Positions 54,924 to 64,000 of a stretch of DNA of 64,000 nt are shown piece by piece. The translations under genes and the position numbers were made by a program. The notes beneath the pieces are model-generated. The model was given only the letters and a program-made list of their open reading frames with translations, was not told the DNA's origin and ran no database searches. The stretch is from Eledone cirrhosa (lineage: Eukaryota), in the NCBI GenBank assembly GCA_964016885.1, contig OZ024746.1, forward strand, positions 25,482,001-25,546,000, in the 5' to 3' direction. Position 1 is the first letter of the stretch; the number at the start of each line of letters is the position of its first letter.

Positions 54924-55250
54924 TTCTTTATTGGCCACAAGGGCTGACATCAAGAAAAACATCACAGACGGAACAGGATGGTACGATGTGGGTTTTGTGC
55001 GTGTAAATATTTTTATTATTTATATAAGAAAAGAAAAAAGACATAAAACATATATATATATATAAACAATAAAATGAAAATTGAAATAATGAAAAATTCC
55101 CCAATAGGAGGGAAACCTCCGAGGGTTACTCGTGGCAAAAACCACACAAAAGACCACGGCCACCATGACTACCAGGGTAAGCGCCCTCTCTCAATTTTTC
55201 CATCTCTCAAACTACAGACGTATATTCACTCGGATCATTCTCGCTACAGT
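54880..55250 (-). mobile_element. Probable L1/Tx1-like LINE 3' end with (TTA)n tail
   Basis: Minus strand ends TVARMIRVNIRL*, then a T-rich 3'UTR, AATAAA and a (TTA)n tail; clade assignment is from resemblance only. Confidence 0.55.
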
Positions 55251-56557
55251 GAAGGTGCATGGTCTGGTCAAGTTGTGTTGGATTTATAATCATAATTTCA
55301 TGGGTTTAATTTCTTGACTGGGTTGTGTGTTGTGTTCTTGAGTAAAACACTTCATTTCACATTGCTCCAGTATACTCAGCTATTGCTGAGGGGTTTAACC
55401 CTGCAATGGACTGGTGTCTGATCCAGGGGAAAATCTTGTACTCCCAGTTGCTTCACGCCATGGACATTGGGATAAGCACTGGCCTGGTGAACCTCTGGGT
55501 TAGAGACAGACTTTAGAAAGATGAAAAGTAAAGTTGACCAGGGCAGGATTTGAATGAAGAACACAAGGAACTAGAATAAATACCATAAGGAACCTTGTCC
55601 TAAGCACTAAACCTTTGGCCAATTTGTCTCTTATATCAATGTAATTTTGACAGCACACTAGCAAAGTTGTAACAGTAAAAAAATTTGAAGCAGTAGTAGA
55701 ACATTGCTTAGCACCAACGTCACACTCCATTTTCTTTCTGTTGCAAAAGTGGTCCTAACTCTGAAATATCATGGAAAATGGAAAGGATAGGAGCCAGTTA
55801 TCAGATTGGACAAAGGAAACAGTGTTTCCATTGTTGATATTATCTGCCGGTCGCAATTCCTGGCAGAACAAAGTTGAACATGAACTCAGAATGCATAGAG
55901 CCAGATCAGATACCAGGTCATTAACAATACTACCAAACCACCACTCCTGGATAGTGCTGTTTTTTTATCAACCCCGAAGAGATGAAAATCAAAACCGTCC
56001 TTGGTAGGATTTGAACTTAGAGAACAGTGAGTTGAAAATAATATTGAGGCACTTAATCCAACACACTAACAACCCTGCCAAATATCATGAAATTTAAGGT
56101 AAAAGTCTAAACTGTTGTCTTGTCATGTTTGTCTTACTTTACTCTAGTTTTCACTCTTGTGTTTCTAATTTGCATTGTACTGGCTTTCCTCAAACAATCC
56201 TAACCACTCACATCACAATGCTTCATAACGTTTTTTTTTCCATTTCAGGTAGACGCGCTCCATCATCCACTTTTCTAAAAAAATAAATCATACACAAAAC
56301 GCCAGCATCAACAGTTTTGCAAGAGATGTCAACATGAATGGACCTGTTATTTTTATCTAAAGACATTTTTTCCAATTCCAACCCGCCCATACCCTCAATC
56401 TATCTTATTTCTCATTCTTTCATCTGATGAAGGACTAGCGTCCGAAACGTTAAGACCCTCTTCCTGCTATATCAAGCGTTAACCTAATATATCCCTTCCA
56501 TATACTGTACCGATTGTGTTGTTATTTCTGTTTACCTTTTACATACATATATATATA

Positions 56558-56603
<46 letters not shown>

Positions 56604-56831
56604 ATTCGGAACTGGATATCTACCTGACACCTTGGGACTACACCCTTCCAACAATCTTTACCAGTCACGGATCACTATCTATCTTTTTATTTCATCTTTA
56701 ATTTCTCATTTTATTTTCTGATGAAGGACCAGTGTCAGAAACGTTAAAACTTTTTCCTACTATATCAAGTGTTAAACTAATATATTTCTTCATTGTAGTG
56801 TGTCGTTTGTTTGTTATTTCTGTTTACTTTT

Positions 56832-56844
<13 letters not shown>
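55248..56844 (+). repeat. 1.6-kb direct duplication, copy 2
   Basis: See copy 1. Confidence 0.95.
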
Positions 56845-56875
<31 letters not shown>

Positions 56876-56876
<1 letters not shown>

Positions 56877-58316
56877 TAGCATTAAAGCCCGGCGTTGCTC
56901 GGGGTCATTAAGTTACCAAAGTTAGGTTGCACCACCCATTTTATGGCAGCACTTTTTTGTCTGCCAGGCACTGGGTGAATGAATTGCAGACCTGGACTGC
57001 CGAAGCAGGAGCTGCGCCAGCAGTGACAATTGTAGTTTCGCCTATGGATATTATCTCTGTGCAAAAAAGTGTTGAAATTTATTGTTTCACAGTACTTGCG
57101 CAACATGCGCGTAGACGATGCCAGCCGAACAACAGAGCTGCGATGGAGTTGTTCTGCATAGTTGTCTGTGTGTTTTCTAAATTTAAGACAGTAGGGAGGG
57201 TTGTGATATGAGGGAGAGTTAGCTGTTGTTTCTAGCAGGTTTAGTGACCTCATAGAGGATATGTGTTTTCTAAATTTAAGACAGTAGGGAGTGGTGTGAT
57301 ATGGGGGAGAGTTAGCTGCTGTTTCTAGCAGGTTTAGTGACCTCATAGAAGATATGTTTTCTAAATTTAAGACAGTAGGGATGGGTGTGATATGGGGGAG
57401 AGTTAGCTGCTGTTTCTAGCAGGTTTAGTAACCTCATAGAGGATATGTTTTCTAAATTTAAGACAGTAGGGAGTGGTGTGATATGGGGGAGAGTTAGCTG
57501 CTGTTTCTAGCAGGTTTAGTGACCTCATAGAAGATATGTTTTCTAAATTTAAGACAGTAGGGAGGAGTGTGGTATGGGGAGAGTTAGCTGCTATTTCTAG
57601 CAGGTTTAGTGACCTCATAGAGGATATTATTGTTTATCATTATCTATAAAAGGCAGATTGTTGTTGTTGTTGTTGTTGAAGTGAGTGTGTGTTTGTATGC
57701 GTTTGGAAAAGAGGTTTTAAAAAAGATTTATCGCTTCTTGTTGAATAAATGTATCTGTTGCTTTTGAATAATTGTCGTTTCGTATGAAATGTAATAATTG
57801 TTTCTACTTTTTTGGCACAAGGCCAGCAATTACCCAGTACATTACTGGTACTTTATGTAATAATAAACGTTCTCTCTCTCTCTCCCTCTCACTCTCTTCT
57901 CTCTCTCTCTTCGCCTATCACGCACGTTGGAAATAAATCAGTAAGTTTGAAGTATAAAAGAGAAAGTAGCAAAATGTGTGGATTGTAGATAGAGGTAAGC
58001 AGATGATATGACAGAGTAAAACGGACAGTATCACCATCAAGCTTGGAAAGAGAAAGTAGCAGAAAGTATGAAGTTGTATAGATTTTGAATGGTAGTGGAA
58101 AGAGTTTAGCAGTTTAAATGACAGAGAAAAATCGTAAAATATTGAGTTTTATCTATTTTTTGCGTAATTGTGGGTGATATTGAAAAAATGAGATGTGCCA
58201 AGACGCAATCGAAACTATTTCGAATACTGAATTGTAAATTTCAATTGAAGAAATTCTATATCGTAGATTTCTATAAGAAAGGAGCATGACCACACACTGA
58301 GCTTTATAGATTATGA
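56876..58316 (-). mobile_element. Non-autonomous Helitron with five ~91-bp tandem repeats (57170-57626)
   Basis: Minus strand A|TCATAATCTATAAAG ... ccccgagcaacgccggg...CTAG|T. Confidence 0.8.
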
Positions 58317-58639
58317 TATATGATATATATATATATATATAAAGCCCCCAATCCACCCAGTAAGGTGGTCATGTCGGTGACACAAAAAATAAAGGCACCA
58401 CATCAACCCTTTAAGGTGGTTGTGCTGGTGACACAACAAAACACCCAGTTCACTTTGTAAGGTGGTTGTGCTGGTAACACGATGTAAAATCACCCAGTCT
58501 ACTCTGTTAGATGATCATTTTGGTGCCATGATAAAAAGCACAGTTTGCACTGTAACGTGGTTGGCATTAGGAAGTGCATCTAGTCATAGAAACCATATGA
58601 GCAAGACATGGTCACCTGACCTGACTTGTTTCTTAACCT

Positions 58640-60052
58640 TGAAGCAGTTGCCTCCCTTGTTGTGACTCACAACCCCAATAGATTAACAACATCTAGACGG
58701 GAAGTAGAACCCCTTCTGTAACTTCCGGTCAGAACCCTATAAAACTAACAACTTTAAGTTCTCACTCTCTAATTTTCCCTTCCGGCGCCTGGCCTTCGCC
58801 AGGCGTCTCGCGCTTGCCTGGCAATCAAAACGGTAACTACTAACTTTGCTTCATTCTTTCATCTATTTCTTTGACATGACAACTATACTGTTAAATTGTT
58901 AATTAAATATTATACACACAAACCATGTCTCCTTGTTACATTCATACAATCCAGTATCCTCGCTATATTGGTAACCCTGACGTGATACGAACACGCAGCC
59001 GTTCATTGTTATAAGTGGTCACCCCAAAAATGAAAAAAATAGCAGAATCTGGTGTTGTGTGAGTAACATTACGAATACACAGCAAATTTTATTGACAAAC
59101 TATGAAAATACGCAGTCAAAGAAACGCACAAGTGAAATTTTCGCACAGACAGACTTTTTCTCTCACGCATCAACTAACTGTCGCATTTCACGATATATAT
59201 ATGTTTCTCGTTTCTTACAACGAACACTTTCAAAAAAAAAAAAAAAAAAGAAGAAATTTGATTTTTTTTTTTAAAAACATTTCAACAGGAACATTTATTT
59301 TCGATGAACCATTGCTTTTTTTTTTTTTTTCATCGTTTTCTTCATCTTTCAAGTTTTTTTTCAAAGTTCACACCAATAATTATGCTAAGTGAAGCCTTTC
59401 TTTTTCATCATTGTCACTTTCACACACATTTTTTTCAAAATTGCTGCCAACGACCTGTTGCACTTTCATTTTCTCACGCGTTAGAAATATTATTTTTTTC
59501 AACCTAACTTAACCTTGTATTGGCATGTGTAGGCAGCACACATTCTCAACTCACGGAGATATCTCGACTCACAGAGATAGCCGCACGCTAGAGATAACGT
59601 TTCTCGTCAAGGATTCTTCAGCCTTAAGCTATATTCTCCTATTTGCCGGTTTAAAAATTTACCACGTAAATTTGCCGTTGAAAACTGCGCATTTATTCAG
59701 AATGTTTATTTCTTTGGTCGCGGGAGGTTATGTAGCAGTTGCCTCCCTTGTTGTGACTCACAACCCCAATAGATTAACAACATCTAGACGGGAAGTAGAA
59801 CCCTTTCTGTAACTTCCAGTCAGAACCCTATAAAACTAACAACTTTAAGTTCTCACTCTCTCATTTGCCCTACCGGCGCCTGGCGTCTTCTGCCAGCCGC
59901 GTTTGCCTGGCAATCAAAACGGTAACTACTAACTTTGCTTCATTCTTTCGTTTATTCATTGACATGTCAACTATACTGTTAAATTGTTGATTAAATATTA
60001 TACACACAAACCATGTCTCCTTGTTACATTCATACAATCCAAATCCGCTATA
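58640..60052 (+). mobile_element. Non-coding LTR retroelement (Gypsy-derived, TRIM-like): LTRs 58640-58967 and 59731-60052
   Basis: ~325-bp direct repeats TG(A/T)AGC...GCTATA; 4-bp TSD acct; PBS tggtaaccctgacgtgat (58969-58986); purine tract gcgggagg before the 3' LTR. Confidence 0.88.
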
Positions 60053-61956
60053 ACCTGATAATCTGTCTAAACCATGCAAGCATGTAAAAATGGATGTTAA
60101 ACGACGATGATGATGATATATATCCAACAGAGAAAAAGAAAATGTCTTTTGTCACTAACTTACAGAATATCTCAATGAATAAGATAACTAAAAATATCTA
60201 GATCAGGGACACATATAAACATAGTTTAACTTATATTAACTAAAGTTAAACTATATATAGGAGGACTCTTCAGTTTGTGGCAAAAGACACAACTTCTCTG
60301 CACTCGATATGGCCAAATGTAAGTAGGATACAGACCCCTCCGCCTGTTAGTAACCCTAATTCAGTACTGATTTGGTCCTAGCAGAGAAAGCAGACGTTAA
60401 ATTAAGATGATGATGATGATATATACAGACAGTCAAGTTTTCACTCCTGTATTTCTTACTTCCATTGTACTAGCTTTCCAAAAACAATTCTAACCACATA
60501 TCTCACAACTAACGAAACTGCTCTGAGGCTCCCCCCCCCCCCCCCGCAACTAATCAATAGATGTTGCTATGACTACAACATAAACTAGATCGAAAGTCAA
60601 TGTACTAGTCCAGGTAATCAGCGCTGGTAGTGATGGTGGCAATGATGATGATGGTAATGGTTGTCACAGAGGTAGTCGCGGTAGTAGTGGTGGTAGTAGT
60701 GGTGGTAGTGGTGATGGTATATGTATTTATATATATATATATATCGCTGTTACTAACCAGGATTATTACTACACGCGATAAATTCTTATATATACACTTA
60801 CTTACTGGAGGTTAAAAAACGGGACGCCAGCAAGTGTTGCTATAGGCCATGCGTGCTGCTAATTTCAAGTGTTTTAATGTTTAATGTAATAAACAACTAA
60901 ACAAATACGGCTATTGTTTAGTCACAGATAAACCTCTCTTTAAATGACTGAATAGAAAGCGACAGAGACGAACTTAAAAGAGATCATTCTTTATTTATCT
61001 ATCCTCTATATTTCATACAGACATCAGTGGAACAGCAACAGTAAAACAACAGTAGCAATAGTAACAACAGCAGGAGCAGCAACAATAACAACAACAATAG
61101 CAGTAACAACAACGTAGTTTCTTCGCACTTAAACCATCTGGCTTCAGTTATTAAGCGGAGACCTATATTAGAACACTGCCTTGGAAGAGAGTTAGTCAAT
61201 CACATAGAACCCAGTATTTTTTCCCCCAAATTTAGTACCTACTTCATCTATCTTCTGTTGTCGAACAAGGACACATACATACACATGTTAGTACATAATC
61301 TGAGCTACTGACTTTTCAGGACAACATCCCAGTTTAACAGAGTCCACTGTATTGCAAATTATTTGGACCAAATCTCCAGTATGAGGATAGCTTCCACCCA
61401 GGGCTAGACTTTCACCTGATGAGGCCCTAAGCTATATGAAATTTGAGACCCTTTTCTAAAAAAAATGTATTATTTTTTATATTTATGTGAATGATGGAAA
61501 AAAAGAGTGCTCTATGGATAGAACAGAGCTATTTAATTAGAAAGGGAACAACTCATATTTTGTGTTGTTCACTTTCTAATTAAATACATGTCTCTATATA
61601 TAATTTTTGATGATTTAGAGTTTAAGAATAAAGATTAATGATAAAATAGAAATACATTTTACAAAATTAGGCTCCGGAGGCTGTGTGGCCATAAGCTACA
61701 GCTTATTTAGCTAATAGGTAAATCTAGTACTGCGCCCACCAGTCTGATAGACTCTTAAAAAGGTCATAGGCACTGCTATTCCCTCCCTAACTAACCTAAA
61801 GAAATATGCACAATTGTTCTCCCACTTAAGACATACATCTTCATCTTTTTCTATAAAACAAAGTTGACCAGTCTTGTAAGTGTAATTTGGTAGATGGAAA
61901 CGGCAGAACATCTCTCTCCCTCTCTTACTCTGTCTGCCTGTCGCCGTGTGTGTTTA

Positions 61957-62411
61957 TCTAAACTATAATAAAGTAAGGAGTGCGGGACTGCGTCCAGAAT
62001 ATATTTTTTTATCCCGTTTGTAAAATAAGTTGGATTACTTTGAATAATTTATCTACTAAATTTCGTTATTCTTGATTAAATATAAATAATATTGTTGCTT
62101 AATTTAAGATTCACTTCTTCAACATTTTCAAATGTCAACACTTCCGGTTAGCGGTCGCTTAAATAAACATGTATATATTTCCGTCACTAATTTTCTCCTA
62201 ATGTAGTTTATATATAATATCGTCTTTTTTTTAGTGTATCATGAATTACGTTACTGATTACAGGAGACAGTGTAACGCAGTCTTCGTTCAATTTCTGTGT
62301 ATATTGTCAATTACGATTTTATTTGATGTATCATATATACTTGCGTATAATATCAATATGCACATTACACATGCTATCAGAAAACCACTCTTAGGGTGGG
62401 TTTTCTGCTAG
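61957..62411 (+). mobile_element. Small non-autonomous Helitron
   Basis: A|TCTAAACTATAATAAAG ... hairpin aaaaccactc-ttag-ggtgggtttt ... CTAG|T. Confidence 0.72.
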
Positions 62412-63434
62412 TTTCGTATAACTTAGGAGTTCAGCAAAAAGAAATTGATACAATAAGTACTAGACTTGAAAAAAATAAGTATTGAGGTTAGTAATTGACT
62501 TTAAGTCAGCGACCTAGTATGACTGCATTTTAATAACTGAAACCAGTAAAAGAATAATATATTCTGTAAATATTTATGAACTTAATTTAGTCATGTCTGT
62601 TAATCAATCATTTTGTTTGAATTCTTTTACATTCGCAATAGATCAGATGATATTTAATACTAGCTGCCTAGATTCTCTGCAATTTTATTTTATTAACTTG
62701 ATCTACCAGTTTGGTTCGGTGTCAATAACTGGTTGTGCTGGAATTAAAAGCTTTGTAGACAGCAAGTCACCAGATATACTGGCAAGCAGGAACTCTGACC
62801 TTTCTGCGTATGACAAACAACAATGGTGATTGATGGCCTGAGGTTGTCTGACAATATCAAGGACTGGCAGAGACCAGTGGTTATTGCTGACTACCAGAGC
62901 TGGTCTGACAACATCAAGGATTGGACAGTTCTCAAAACTGTGACCTTTCTGTGTATGATGGAGTACAAAGATTGGTAGTGATCGCTGATGGCCAGAGCTG
63001 GTTTGACACGATTAAAGACTGGACAGGTCAAAACACTGATCATTCTAGGTGTGACAGAGTTCAGAGATCTGACTACCAGAGATGGTCTGACAACATCAAG
63101 GACTCGACAGATCACAATACGGTGATCCTTCTGTGTATGACAGATTGTATGTCCCCCCCTCCCTCACCATCACCACATGTTTGCCCTCCTTCTATCACCA
63201 CTATATGCTTATTCTCCACACCACCCACCTCCCATCATCACTACAGTGTCTGCTCCTTCTCCAACTATCACTACATGCTTGTCCCCCACCATAACTAGTG
63301 TTTCTACCCCAGCCTTGCTCCTATCATCAATACATGTCTACCTCTACCCCCTTCCTACCATAACTACAGTGTCTCATGTTCGTTATTTAGTAATTTCATA
63401 CTATGTAATAGAAAGCAGTCAACTTTAGCTATAA

Positions 63435-64000
63435 CAAGCAGTGGTACCCGGCGTTGCAAGGGATAAGGTATTTTGGAAGGCAGGCCGCCAACAGACCTAA
63501 TCGTGGAAAAACTGCATGCCTGGACAATATGTAAAGAAAATAAACCGAATACTCTGATGGCTGGATAATCTTTAAGATTTTCCTCGATGAAGCAGGAAAA
63601 ATGCAGGTTTTCACATAATGTGGGCTCTAAGGGATCAAGAAAATGAATTTTTTTATGTGCATAATGCCTTGAAATTTCGAGACGTAACGCCTCCAAAAAG
63701 CCCTAAAAAGCTGAACAAATGAAGTTTTTCACCTAATGCGGGCCCTAGGCCATAAAAAAGTTGGATTTTCTTTGCTCACGGTATGAAGAAGAGACTGATT
63801 AATACATAGTTACAATTTCAAGGAAATTGGTCTGACGTAACGCCTCAAAAGACCCTAAAAAGCTTAAAAAACATCGGTTGGGTACTTCTCGAGTTTTAGG
63901 GATTCAAACTCAGACACACACACACAGACAGACATCCTCAGGGAAGTAACGTAATGCAGACAGCCAGACATACAGACAGATATTATAAGGGCGCGACGTT
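63435..64000 (-). mobile_element. Probable Helitron 3' part (5' end beyond the window)
   Basis: Minus strand cccttgcaacgccggg hairpin followed by a variant CTTG|T terminus. Confidence 0.6.

Noticed and set aside
50785-56007. Duplicated three-ORF 'operon' (62, 76 and 78 aa)
   Set aside because: ORFs fall in SINE-derived sequence and are identical only because of the 1.6-kb duplication
56882-57618. 154-aa and 71-aa repetitive ORFs
   Set aside because: Lie in the Helitron's 91-bp tandem repeats; no Rep/helicase motifs
61410-61450. Further hammerhead motif (cctgatgaggcc...gaaa)
   Set aside because: Stem II does not close next to GAAA and no plausible stem III or cleavage triplet is visible
62593-63428. 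ORFs of 74-125 aa near the right end
   Set aside because: Degenerate repeats resembling an RTE C-terminus (WSDNIKDWT) and low-complexity C/A-rich sequence; no splice-consistent gene model

Overview
AT-rich, microsatellite- and transposon-dense animal genomic DNA. The repeat families suggest a coleoid cephalopod, most likely Octopus (inferred, not proven). Two spliced genes, both on the minus strand, were reconstructed by hand with GT-AG boundaries and consistent phases. (1) ACADS-like short-chain acyl-CoA dehydrogenase: coding exons 1-9 at 19067->2948; the last exons run off the left edge. (2) A complete 11-exon, 590-aa 4-coumarate-CoA-ligase/firefly-luciferase-like ANL-superfamily acyl-CoA synthetase (49611->34858), with a mitochondrial-type N-terminal presequence and no peroxisomal PTS1. 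The rest is RTE, CR1, R4/Dong and L1/Tx1-like LINE fragments, tRNA-derived SINEs (several with clear target-site duplications), non-autonomous Helitrons, MITEs, a non-coding LTR element with a tRNA-Trp primer site, Penelope-type repeats with minimal hammerhead motifs, minisatellites and a near-identical 1.6-kb duplication. Most ORF-track entries are spurious. No CRISPR array, rRNA or intact tRNA gene was seen.
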